Assembly (NCBI GenBank): GCA_963701855.1
Contig: CAVPBK010000006.1
Location: forward strand, 32,001 to 96,000
Reading direction: 5' to 3'
Length of the DNA stretch: 64,000 bases
Origin: Nitrospirota bacterium
GTDB lineage: Bacteria > Nitrospirota > Nitrospiria > Nitrospirales > Nitrospiraceae
Part shown: one piece after another, positions 38,615-48,679 of the stretch
Layout: each line of letters opens with the position of its first letter
How positions within the stretch are numbered: the first letter of the stretch is position 1
Position numbers and translations under genes: made by a program
The notes under the pieces: generated by a model
The model's input: only the letters and a program-made list of their open reading frames with translations
The model's database searches: none
Told to the model about the DNA's origin: nothing

Positions 38615-39831
38615 ATGATGAAAGCCATTGCCATTCGCTCAGTGCGTGTCATCGACGGGACCGGTCGGACGATCGAGCGAGCCACGGTGATCGTTCGCGG
38701 AACCAAGATTGCCGCGGTCGGATCGGATCGAGACCTCTCCATCCCACATGGTGCGACCAAGATCGATGGCCGAGGACTCACGCTATTACCGGGCTTGATC
38801 GACTGTCATGTGCATCTCTGCCTCGGAGCTGAACCGGATGTCGTCGAGGCGATCGCCAAAGAGACGCCCACACTGACATTACTGAAATCAAGCCAGGCTG
38901 CGCGACAGACCCTGGAGGCAGGCTTCACCACTGTGCGTGACGTGGGGTCGCGAGACCACTCCATCTTTACATTGCAACGGGCTATCGATACAGGTCTCGT
39001 TCCCGGACCTCGCATTGTCGCGAGCAGGCCTGGCGATTTGCATGATCGGCGGCCACGCCCGGTTTATCGGTCAGGAAGTGGAAGGAGACAGAACAAGTCC
39101 GTTCCGTCGTGCGCGCGCAAATCTCCGCCGGGGCCACCGTCATTAAAGTCATTGCATCGGGTGGTGTCCTCACGCCCGGTACCTCGCCGGACCAGGCGCA
39201 AATGACCGTGGAGGAACTCCAGGCCGCCGTGGATGAAGCGCAGCAAGCCGGGAGGAAAGTCGCAGCCCATGCCCATGGATCGTCGGGGATGAAGAATGCT
39301 ATCCGCGCCGGAGTCCATTCGATCGAGCATGCCACGCTCATGGACACAGAAGCCGCGGCCATGATGAAACGGCAGGGTGTCTTCATGGTGCCGACACTCT
39401 CTGCGCTCGCTACCACTGCCGCCTGCCGACTCGGATGCGGCATTCCCGAAAGCGCCTTGGACAAAGCCAAATCCATGACGAAGCGCCATCAAGTAAGCTT
39501 CAAGAACGCTCTGCGGGACGGTATCCAGATTGCGATGGGCACGGATGCGGGGACGCCCTTTAACTTTCACGGCGAGAACGCTCAGGAGCTCGAGCGGATG
39601 GTCGCCTTCGGGATGAGCCCGATGCAGGCGATTCTCGCCTCGACCTCCGCTGCCGCACAGTTGATCGGGATTCAGGACCAGGTGGGAACGATCGAGAAGG
39701 GGAAACTGGCGGATCTCCTCTTATTCAAAGGCAATCCGCTTCGTCGCATCGACCTGCTACGCGATCGCAGCAGGATTATGGGCGTGATGCAGGCGGGCAA
39801 GTTTGTCGCAGGGCCTCTTTCAAGGACGTGA
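38615..39831 (+). CDS. Metal-dependent amidohydrolase (Xaa-Pro dipeptidase-like), two +1 frameshifts near 39021 and 39087
   Basis: PGLIDCHVH, GFTTVRDVG, GGH (middle frame), VAAHAHG, SIEHA, MGTDAG, GKLADL spread over three frames. Confidence 0.85.
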
Positions 39832-40298
39832 AACGTTACATGTATTAATCGGTACTTAATCGGACAGACAAGGTCAGATGAATTCGGGCCTCGAAGGACC
39901 GCTCCCGGCCACTTTGCGACAGTCGCTACGGCAAGCTCCACGCCGGAAAGGTGCCGTTCATTAGAGATGGTGCTCGCTTCGCGCTACGCTTGGCTGGATT
40001 GGGTCTGAGTCTGCTGGGGGAGGGTCGTCCGTTGGCTAATACGCGTGTCGGTGTCCACAAAACCTGCCCAAATGTCTTCCCGTACGTTCTCGAACTCATG
40101 TGACCTAGAACTCGACTCGAACCGTCCAGAAATCAGGAGATTGAGGACAGGTTTAGTCGCAGGACAAGCGGTTTAGGAAAGCGTTGTCACCACCCTACTC
40201 CAGCCTACTCAGACTCACTCAGGCCTACTGCAGCCAAGGTGGTCTTTCCCTGATTTTGTGGACACCTTCCGTGCATAATCAGCGAAGGGAGGTGCCTC

Positions 40299-40580
40299 AT
40301 GGGCCAGCAGCGACGGAGTTTCACGCCAGAGTTTAAGCAGGAAGCCGTGGACTTGTGCCGACGCAGTGGGAAGAGCGAGTGCCAGGTGGCGCGGGAGTTG
40401 GGCATTCCCCAACCGACGTTCAATCGATGGATGCGGCAAGCGGCGGGGGCGCCCCAAGGATCCCACAGCTTTCTGGCGACCGAGGAACTCAAGGTCTTGC
40501 GGCGAGAAGTCGAGCAACTCCGCATGGAGCGCGACATCCTAAAAAAAGCCGTGGCCTTCTTTGCCAAGGAGTCGGGATGA
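40299..40580 (+). CDS. IS3 transposase OrfA (HTH)
   Basis: FTPEFKQEAV..VARELGI..ERDILKKA; A7G slippery site at 40541-40548. Confidence 0.92.
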   Translation: MGQQRRSFTPEFKQEAVDLCRRSGKSECQVARELGIPQPTFNRWMRQAAGAPQGSHSFLATEELKVLRREVEQLRMERDILKKAVAFFAKESG

Positions 40581-41467
40581 GGTATCGCTTCATCCAGGCG
40601 GAGAAGGCCGCGTATCCCGTGGAGGTCTTGTGTCGCGTCCTCAGCGTGGCCCGGAGCGGCTATTACGCCTGGTGCCGTCGTCCGCTCGGTGCACGCGCGC
40701 AGCAGAATCAATGGCTGGTCACGCATATTCGGACCTGTTACCAGGCGTCGCGCGGCCGCTATGGGAGTCCGCGGATTCATCAGGATCTGCGCGCCCACGG
40801 GTTGCGGGTCGGCCGCCATCGCGTGGCTCGGCTCATGCGGCTGCATGGGCTCCGCAGTGTTCGACGGCGGAGCTGGCGCCCACCGGCCAGCGCGCTTCCC
40901 GCGGTGGTGCGGGCGAACGTCTTGCGACGAGCCTTCACCGCCACACGGCCGAATGAGAAGTGGGCCGCCGACATCACCTACGTGCCCACACGCCAGGGTT
41001 GGCTCTATCTCGCCGTGGTGATCGATTTGTACTCGCGGCGGGTGGTCGGCTGGGCCATGGATGCACAGCAGACGATCGCGCTGACGCTGACGGCTTTAGA
41101 GATGGCGCTGCACCAACGGCCTGTGTTGGCCGGGCTCCTGCACCATTCGGATCGAGGCAGCCAGTATGGCGCGGTGGCCTATCAGCACCGGTTAGTCAGC
41201 TGCGGAATCCGGGGCTCGATGAGCCGCCCCGGCAATTGCTGGGACAATGCCGTCGTGGAGAGCTTCTTTGCTACGTTGAAGACCGAGCTGATTCACCGAC
41301 GGCAGTATGCGACTCGCCAAGAAGCCCGCGCCGACATCTTTGAGTACGTAGAGGGCTTCTATAATCGAAGCCGACGCCATTCGCGTTTGGGGTATCGGAG
41401 CCCGATGGACTTTGAGCATCAATACCCATACCATCAATCGGGGGCGTCTACCGTATGGACGCCGTGA
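40577..41467 (+). CDS. IS3 transposase OrfB (DDE integrase core)
   Basis: WAADITY, DLYSRRVVGW, HSDRGSQY, DNAVVESFFATLKTE; -1 frame relative to OrfA. Confidence 0.93.
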   Translation: MRYRFIQAEKAAYPVEVLCRVLSVARSGYYAWCRRPLGARAQQNQWLVTHIRTCYQASRGRYGSPRIHQDLRAHGLRVGRHRVARLMRLHGLRSVRRRSWRPPASALPAVVRANVLRRAFTATRPNEKWAADITYVPTRQGWLYLAVVIDLYSRRVVGWAMDAQQTIALTLTALEMALHQRPVLAGLLHHSDRGSQYGAVAYQHRLVSCGIRGSMSRPGNCWDNAVVESFFATLKTELIHRRQYATRQEARADIFEYVEGFYNRSRRHSRLGYRSPMDFEHQYPYHQSGASTVWTP

Positions 41468-41788
41468 TGATCGTCGATCCTGGATCAATGGTGTGCGTCG
41501 ATTTTGCGGCGCGCACGCATGAGATCGCGGTTGGCTTCACATGGAGATGGTCCACACAGAAACCAGTGTCTATAAAATCGGGGGAAGATCAAGGTTTGCG
41601 CTGAACTCGAACTTGGCTGGAGTAGGCTGGAATGAGCTGGAGTGAGTTGGAGTTGAGCACAAAATGAGCACAATTACGATGCCACAACGTAGCGCACGAC
41701 TAACTTCTGCACCCATCTGATTAAGCCCCTTGTCCACAATTTAAGCGGGGCAAAACACGGAATTAATCAAAGGGGTCTTCCCCCCTTC

Positions 41789-42265
41789 TTAACTTTTCCT
41801 TGGCATCACTGGAGCAATCATTTCGGTCGAATCTTCAAGACTGAAGCTCTCTCTAGCCTTGCAATTCAACCCAGAAGTCGCATCGCACTCCAGGTGGAGG
41901 GCCACATAGGTGCCAATCATTCTATAAAGGCTAGCGTGCCAAGCCCCGATCTTCCCGTCAGGTAAACTGAAGCACACACTCCATTTATAGACTCTATGAG
42001 CGCCGATGAACTGTACGAGCTTCAGCTTGTAGACCGGGTCAAAGTGGAATATTCCTTCTTCCGTTGTCCGAGTATCGAGGACCGGGTCATCACAGGTACC
42101 CCCCAGTGATAATGTGACCATCGTGCTCTTCATCGGCTGCCCCTGCTGAATCAGAGTCCCGATTAATTCTGGGGAATATGGGTCTGGGTAAGGAATCGGG
42201 ATACAGCCAGCCACGAGGGAAGAAAACAGGAGAAGAAGAACCCCAATAGTCAACCTGGTTTGCAT
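41789..42265 (-). CDS. Putative lipoprotein
   Basis: Hydrophobic signal with VAGC lipobox; AT-richer region. Confidence 0.6.
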   Translation of the reverse strand: MQTRLTIGVLLLLFSSLVAGCIPIPYPDPYSPELIGTLIQQGQPMKSTMVTLSLGGTCDDPVLDTRTTEEGIFHFDPVYKLKLVQFIGAHRVYKWSVCFSLPDGKIGAWHASLYRMIGTYVALHLECDATSGLNCKARESFSLEDSTEMIAPVMPRKS

Positions 42266-42604
42266 AAGGATTGAATGGCGCTGCCTTGAATTTCGTTTCT
42301 GAAGGGACACACAATTCTTTCTGAACCTATCACAGGAGTAAACGCTCGCCTACGAAATGCACCGCTTTTGACGCAAAATTAGAGTTCTCGTGCCAAACTC
42401 GAATCTTCGAGCCCTAGCTTTTCATACCGTTATTCCAAACAAAATGAAGAATCGCAAAGCATTTGCTGACAAAGACGGCTGGCTTGGGGGTGTCAAAAAC
42501 ATTGTGAAGAACTAGACGCTATCCTTCGGGTTACGTTGAAGATTCATGGTAGCTGTTGAAGAGGTCAAAAAGAACTGATTTTGATCCTGCTGTTTCTCGT
42601 TTGC

Positions 42605-43072
42605 TCAGCTGACACGCGGACTCGACACCATACTGCTTGTGCTCGTTAACCCAGCCCATATCAAATAAATGTTGAAAACGACAAACGTGGCAGCCACACC
42701 CTGTGCACCTGGCCACCCAAAGGGTGTCTCACGAAATATCTCCAGATAGAGTACGCCTATAGGTGTAAGTGGAGCGAGAACATACGTCCATGGAAGGCAT
42801 AATACTAAGCCTAGCAATCCATAAATCAGACCATGCCACAGCATCACGCGTGGCAGAATAGCACCTTCCCTCATCTTCACATATACGATCCCGTAGAAAG
42901 CAATCATCGATAAATTAGGACCAAATCTCCAGGCAACATCAAAGATTCCGCGTACCATCCCTAAAGCATTTCTATACTCTGGAGAACTCAGTGCTAGGAC
43001 GAAATCAAGAGCGGCGAATGCACCCAGACATGCGAACCCAACCCGCACACAACCGATCTTTAGCTTACTCAT
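42605..43072 (-). CDS. Hypothetical multi-pass membrane protein
   Basis: 155-aa ORF with about 4 hydrophobic segments; AT-richer region. Confidence 0.55.
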   Translation of the reverse strand: MSKLKIGCVRVGFACLGAFAALDFVLALSSPEYRNALGMVRGIFDVAWRFGPNLSMIAFYGIVYVKMREGAILPRVMLWHGLIYGLLGLVLCLPWTYVLAPLTPIGVLYLEIFRETPFGWPGAQGVAATFVVFNIYLIWAGLTSTSSMVSSPRVS

Positions 43073-43488
43073 CTACATCTTCCCCAACAGAGATTTGAGT
43101 AGGTGCACTGCCTCACGTAACTCCAGAAGCCTCCTACGGTAACCATTGGAATAACGATTATTCCCAACACATGTGTTTTCAAGCCTACCACAAGGCCTGA
43201 AACACGCTGGAGGGAATTGTCTTATTCCGCCTTATGACGTAGGAAGGATGACAGTGGAACTTGAAAGCACTGGTTGAAAGAAATGAAGAGGATTGAAGGT
43301 CAATTTCATTTGTTTTTGGACCAGCATCAGCATAAGTCAAATTCCTTGAGAAATCGACCAACTTTGGGCTGGCATTTTAGATGGGGATTTTGACAAGGGG
43401 GTATTTGGGATTTTCGGGAAGTTGACACCCCGTGGGATCCCGATGGTGCCGTCATTCGATTGAACCACCTGATAGCCGTCGGTCGTGT

Positions 43489-43517
43489 ACTTCTGCTTTG
43501 GGTCGAAAGCGGTCATT
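43489..43517. other. Putative site-specific recombination site 1 (11-6-11)
   Basis: ACTTCTGCTTT-GGGTCG-AAAGCGGTCATT. Confidence 0.5.
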
Positions 43518-43644
43518 GCCTCGGTGACCGGCACGGAAACGGATCCGCAGGGTTATTCGCGGCAGGTGAAAACGCGGCGTGCCGCTGGCGTGCTCGTGGC
43601 GGCGGCCAGGCTCGCCGCGCAAGCCGTCGGTGCGCCACCGGCGT

Positions 43645-44367
43645 TCAGTCTTCGACGCCCACGCCTCTCACGATGAGCACCGCATAGTCCTGCTTCGTGC
43701 AGCCCTCGACCGGAGGCATCGCTCCCCCTGACGCAACTGGAAACGCCGTCTTCTGCGCGTTTGCCGGCGAGCACGAACCACCAACCGCCGCCGGTGTATA
43801 ACGCGCTGAGCGGCAGGCCAAGTGCGTCACATCGTAGAGCGTCGCGCCTTTATCAAGCTCCCAGCGCCTATCACCATTCTTGTCGGCGGGATGAATGGTC
43901 AGCACAGCCGTCACCTCGCGGTTACCCGTGACCAAGTATTTGCCAGGAGGGAGCGGAAAGGTCGGCTGCTCCATAATCAAGCCGTGTTCCTCCAGCCACC
44001 AGTCCGTGCCGTCAAATTTCCAGCGCGCCGGAGCGACGCCACCTGCATCCTTCAACCGTTGATAGTGGTTCAGCTCGACGCCCCGAGGACCCGGGTCCAG
44101 AGGCCACAGACCCCACGATTGCGCGCCGCTCCCGGAGGTCGCACCTGGATCGCCCAACGCCGCGATGAACTGCGTTGATATGCGCTGGAACTTCGTTTGA
44201 CCTCCGCCTTCGGCGTGAACCGGCTGAGCCACGGCGGCTATCGTTACCAGCAAAGCCGTCGCAAGGCATGCGCGGCGAATGAGGCGCTGCGTTCTCCTCG
44301 TGAGCGCCAACACGGCACCTCGCTGTACATGGGTTCGCACCCCGATCGTTCTGAGTTCTGAAATCAT
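43645..44367 (-). CDS. Hypothetical exported protein (cassette-like gene)
   Basis: Signal-peptide-like segment ending PVHA; GC-rich relative to the left flank. Confidence 0.75.
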   Translation of the reverse strand: MISELRTIGVRTHVQRGAVLALTRRTQRLIRRACLATALLVTIAAVAQPVHAEGGGQTKFQRISTQFIAALGDPGATSGSGAQSWGLWPLDPGPRGVELNHYQRLKDAGGVAPARWKFDGTDWWLEEHGLIMEQPTFPLPPGKYLVTGNREVTAVLTIHPADKNGDRRWELDKGATLYDVTHLACRSARYTPAAVGGSCSPANAQKTAFPVASGGAMPPVEGCTKQDYAVLIVRGVGVED

Positions 44368-44447
44368 CTCTCGACTTTCCTTTCAGGACGGGTAAGCAAC
44401 AACTCGATCACCACAGTGTCCCCAATGGACCGCAAATCTACACCGCG

Positions 44448-44475
44448 AATGACCGTTTGGGTCGATAGCTGACAC
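44448..44475. other. Putative site-specific recombination site 2 (11-6-11)
   Basis: AATGACCGTTT-GGGTCG-ATAGCTGACAC, same spacer and orientation as site 1. Confidence 0.5.
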
Positions 44476-44570
44476 TGACTGCCGGCTCGAATCTGAACTA
44501 ATACACGTTAAACGTGAGACGTGTAAGGATTTCCGAGTTCAACACTGCACGTTTCACTTTCTTTTTACGT

Positions 44571-45213
44571 TTACCGCCTCTCGTAGAACAACTCCAGTGC
44601 GGCTGCAAAGCCCTTTAGTACGTCCTTTGCGAAACACGTCCTCAAGCTGTCCGCGTAGCGATCTGACGCCTCCCTCATCGTCTCGTTTGACCACGCCTTG
44701 GGACAATAGCATCTCCGTCGCCACTTCGAGGAGCCGCTGTTTGCGCCCCTCCATCTCAGCCGTGACCAGCTCTTCCATGACCTCCGATGCCCGCTCCTGA
44801 ATTATCTCTTCTTTAAACGTGTCGTACCCTTGATCCGCCACGGTCCGCTCATGAATCACGGCGAGTTCGGCTTTGATCCGCGTCACATTTTTCATCAAGA
44901 CCGCGAATATTTCCTTGCGCCCTTCATCGAAGAGCTTCTTCTCCATCTCGTCGAGGATGACGGCTGGATCTGGCGCTTCATCCCGCGCTGTTTCTTCTCC
45001 CCAATTGAGCCGGTCATAGCTCAGGCGCTTGCCCGGATCGCCGACGACTTCATAGGCGGCATTGATATCACGGATCTTGGCTTCGGCCTGCGTGCTATCG
45101 GGATTGCGGTCAGGATGGTGCTGAAAGACCAGCTTCCTGTAAGCCTTCTTGATCGCATCATCGGACGCGTCGCGCGAAACCCCCAACACTCGGTAGAAGT
45201 CAATTCGTGCCAT
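44571..45213 (-). CDS. DnaJ (J-domain) protein, +1 frameshift near 44611
   Basis: DFYRVLGV..AYRKL..HHPDRN; removing one base gives the ending KGFAAALELFYERR*; lacks the zinc finger, so not canonical dnaJ. Confidence 0.82.
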
Positions 45214-45259
45214 AGCTGGCGAACTATAGCATGGGGCTTCAGCAGGCTTCACCTTGACT

Positions 45260-46400
45260 CCCTGGCAGAAGCTCCCCAGCCTGTCGCCATCCATTTATTG
45301 TCAGCGAGCAGGCCATCTACGGCGGAACAAATCGGCTGGTACGCGGGATCATCTTTTCAATTTTTCTCATCGGCTAGGCCATCGGCGGAATCACATTCGG
45401 CATCCAGGCCGACCGCTTCGGTCGGACTAAGGTCTTGATCGCGACCATCATCTATGCCGTCTTCATCGGAGCCGCTGCATTATCGGAGACATGGTGGCAC
45501 CTCGCCATCTATCGATTCTTTTCGGCGCTTGGCATCGGGGGTAATGGGCGGCCGGCGTAGCGATCGTCGAGGAAACCTGGCCGGAAAAACGGGCAAAGGC
45601 CGCAGAGATTTTCCAATCCGCCTGAGCTGTCGGGTTCTTTCTGGCCGCCACATTCAACCTTACGCTTAAAGAAACGTACGGATGGCGGGGGCTCTTTCTC
45701 GCCGGCATCCTGCCCGCATTTGTAGCCCTATTTCGTTCGATGGTGGGTAAAGGAACCAGAACGTTGGACTCACGCACAGGAACAACAGACCATCTCTCTC
45801 ACAGCAGTTTTTGAGGGTAACTTACGACGAGGAACCTTGGTGGGTTCGGCCTTAGCCTTCGTGGCTGTAGTTGGCCTCTGGGGTTCGACGAACTGGGCTC
45901 CGACACTCACCCGCGAGCTGCCCGACCTGAAGGGACAGGATCCCGCTATCCTGACAAAATACGTGAGCTACGCCATTATGGCTCTGAACGCGGGAGCGAT
46001 TTTCGGCTATCTGGGCTTCGGCCGCGGCCTGTCTTCTCCTTCATGTGCGTGGGCAGTTTCGTGATGCTCCCGATTACCTTTCTCGTTCCATCCAGCTACA
46101 GTGGTGTGCTTATGCTGCTGCCGATCCTCGGATTCTTTAACAACGGCATCTTTAGCGGGCTTCCCATTTATCTGCCCGAACTCTATCCGACCGGACTTCG
46201 TGCCACCGGCGCCGGATTTTGCTTCACAGCGGGACGTATCCTGGCTTCCGCCTAGCCATTCCTGACAGATTGGCTTGTCACAACTTTCGACACCTTTGGG
46301 CGAGCCACCAGCACTGTGGCATTGATCTATCCGGCAGGATTTGCGGTCTTAATCTTTGCACCGGGGACAGGGGCAAACTACTGCCGGAATAACTGATTCT
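45260..46400 (+). pseudogene. Decayed MFS transporter
   Basis: Fragments ETWPEK, YGWRGLFLAG, GFFNNGIFSG..YLPELYPT.LRATGAGFCF scattered over several frames with stops. Confidence 0.8.
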
Positions 46401-46460
46401 GAGTCAGCGTCAAACGTATCGGTCCTTGACATCCCATTAAAGAGGCTTATTAGCTATAGC

Positions 46461-47132
46461 ATGATTAACACACAACCACCAAAAGCTTTGACCCACGACG
46501 AGAAGAAAGCCGCCGAAGCAGCCTTCGCGGGCCACCCCTTCAATGAAGCATGGTCTGCTGCAGCTCGAGCGGTCTACGACGGTATTGTGAAAGCCTTACC
46601 TCACACAGACATCGCGATCCCCGCTCCTTCCAACATAGAAGAATCACCGGAGGTTCTTTCCTCGAAGCGCGAGCCTCTACAGGCTCAAGAGCCTCTCGCA
46701 CTAGCCCACGCAGGTGAGCAGGAGTTGGTGGAGGGGACTACGATGCTTCCAGCTTTTCGCGACAGGGAGGCGGCGATTCAGGCCGGAGTCTTGATCGACG
46801 TGACGCCGACCGCTCTACAACTCGGCATCACGTTCCCCGTCACGATCACCCGACCGCTCTGGGAAATAGGCATTGTTACTGATCAATCGCTCCCCGAAGA
46901 AGATCAAACCAGCCGGTTGCGCGACATTCTGATGGCTTTTCGTCTGCGCCTTGCCAGCCTGACGACAGTATCCCCTCTGCTCGACTTTCCGGTTCTGCTA
47001 GCCTTGCCGCCGGGCAAAGTACCTCAGCCGGTGCCATTGTTCGCCCTCATTCAACCGGACCCCACGCACCAGGCAAACGTGACGCTCTTGCTGCCGAATG
47101 AGGTGTCCTTGTCCATCACCTCGCTGAATTAA
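46461..47132 (+). CDS. Hypothetical protein
   Basis: 223-aa ORF; LTHDEKKAAEAAF N-terminal motif and DREAAIQAGVLIDVT motif. Confidence 0.7.
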   Translation: MINTQPPKALTHDEKKAAEAAFAGHPFNEAWSAAARAVYDGIVKALPHTDIAIPAPSNIEESPEVLSSKREPLQAQEPLALAHAGEQELVEGTTMLPAFRDREAAIQAGVLIDVTPTALQLGITFPVTITRPLWEIGIVTDQSLPEEDQTSRLRDILMAFRLRLASLTTVSPLLDFPVLLALPPGKVPQPVPLFALIQPDPTHQANVTLLLPNEVSLSITSLN

Positions 47133-47133
47133 T

Positions 47134-47257
47134 CGGCAGCTGAAAAAGTCCGCCAGCAGCGTTCTCGCATCGTTCAGACCCTCAACGTACCCCAGAGGGT
47201 ACGCCTTCGGCCCTTCACTCGCTGCGGCCTTGCTGAACAGTCTTTTTGAGCAGCCTG
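47134..47257. repeat. Family A copy A14, overlapping the 3' end of the CCA-enzyme gene
   Basis: GCTGAAAAAGTCCGCCAGC..CTCAACGTACCCCAGAGGGTACGCC..TTTTTGAGCAGCCTG. Confidence 0.9.
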
Positions 47258-48564
47258 TGGGCTAGGGCGCGTTCCTCCGCCTCGGTTGTGACCATTCCAT
47301 CAATGCGCGCATCCAACAGTTTTCCCAGGATGGTCTTGTACTCTGGCCCAGGCTCTAAACCCATCGCCTGAAGATCCCGCCCTGTCAGTAGCGTCTTCAT
47401 TGTCCTGTTCTTCATATAGGCCACAAGTTGTCGTTTCAGCAGACTCACGCGCACGCCGTGCTGCGCGCTTACCTCCTTCACTAGAAACAGCACAAGGGCC
47501 TCGTCCGAGAAACCTGCCAAGAGGCGATACACCTGCGATGGCCGTACTGTCTCTTTATTGGTAAGACGCTTCAGAGCGCGATCAACCCAACGTCCTACTG
47601 CACTCACCTTCTTGGCCTGCTCCCGTGAAAGCGCTAACCGCCGAATCAGCGCGGCCACCACGACCGCGCTGGACTCGTTCGACAACGCCATGAGGCAGAC
47701 GATCGGCCGGTCGATCACAGAAGCCGGGAATCGACGCGCCCACCAGGCGAGCGCCTTGGGAACGGCAGCGACCATTCGCTTCACGTTTTTCGTGTAGCAC
47801 AAACGTCGGTGGAGGAAGCGAAGCAACTTCAACTGCGCAAGCCGCGCAATCACGCACGCCGGATCGCGCTCGGAAAACAGCAACAAGATTTCGTTCTGCA
47901 ATCGAGGACCGGAGAGTTGCCGGATCAGATTCGTGGAGGCCGCTTGCGCGAGCAGGCGCACTGTGGTGCGCTCAAGGCGGAAACCAAACCGTTGTTCAAA
48001 CCGGATCGCTCTAAAGATGCGCGTGGGATCGTCTTGAAAACTGCCCGCATGCAGTACACGGATCGCGCGCGCCTGAAGATCGCGCCGCCCTCCATAGGGA
48101 TCGAGCAAACGACCGAACTGTCGCGGATTCAGTTGTACCGCTATGGCATTGATCGTGAAGTCCCGCCGGGAAAGATCCTCTTCGATCGACGCCGGCTGAA
48201 CCGTCGGCAGAACAGCGGGCTGCGCGTAGGACTCTCGTCTGGTCGTCGCAATATCCATCTTGAGTCCGTCCGGGAATGTGAGCCGCGCCGTCGAAAACCG
48301 TTCAAACACCGCCAGCCCTGCCCCATACCGGTCGGCCACCAACTGCGCGAAGGCGACCCCATCCCCCTCTACCGTGAAATCGAGATCCCAGATCTCTCGC
48401 TTCAGCAAGAGATCGCGGACGACTCCGCCGACAAGGTACAAGCGCTCCCCACTCTCATCCGCAAGGTTCCCAAGCTCACGAAGCAGAGCAAGTCGCTCCC
48501 GAGGGAGACGACGCAACAGATCGTTTTGAGTCATACGATGCTTCACGGCACGCCATTGTAGCAA
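47215..48564 (-). CDS. CCA tRNA nucleotidyltransferase / poly(A) polymerase family
   Basis: YLVGGVVRDLL, DLDF, DLSRRDFTINA, DDPTRIFRAIRF. Confidence 0.92.
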   Translation of the reverse strand: MLQWRAVKHRMTQNDLLRRLPRERLALLRELGNLADESGERLYLVGGVVRDLLLKREIWDLDFTVEGDGVAFAQLVADRYGAGLAVFERFSTARLTFPDGLKMDIATTRRESYAQPAVLPTVQPASIEEDLSRRDFTINAIAVQLNPRQFGRLLDPYGGRRDLQARAIRVLHAGSFQDDPTRIFRAIRFEQRFGFRLERTTVRLLAQAASTNLIRQLSGPRLQNEILLLFSERDPACVIARLAQLKLLRFLHRRLCYTKNVKRMVAAVPKALAWWARRFPASVIDRPIVCLMALSNESSAVVVAALIRRLALSREQAKKVSAVGRWVDRALKRLTNKETVRPSQVYRLLAGFSDEALVLFLVKEVSAQHGVRVSLLKRQLVAYMKNRTMKTLLTGRDLQAMGLEPGPEYKTILGKLLDARIDGMVTTEAEERALAHRLLKKTVQQGRSE

Positions 48565-48679
48565 TCTCCTTCTCGATGAGGAACAATCTTCCTCATCAAC
48601 AAGACGGGGCGCTCAGGATACGATCCTGGGCGCCTCGTTGGGTCCCCACGTAGTTTCAAATTACCGGTGCCGCTTCCCC

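Larger units (their letters stand above)
40240..41591 (+). mobile_element. IS3-family insertion sequence (1352 bp)
   Basis: TG...CA ends; IRL TGGTCTTTCCCTGATTTTGTGGACAC versus IRR GTGTCTATAAAATCGGGGGAAGATCA; 3-bp AGG target duplication (40237-39 / 41592-94). Confidence 0.95.

Noticed and set aside
42379..42394. Minus-strand TGGCACG upstream of the 42265 lipoprotein as a sigma54 promoter
   Set aside because: The -24 box is perfect but the -12 position reads CTCT rather than TTGC.
42510..42590. Degenerate family A core (GACGCTATCCTTCGGGTTACGTTGAAGATT)
   Set aside because: Too diverged and lacking paired ends to call confidently.
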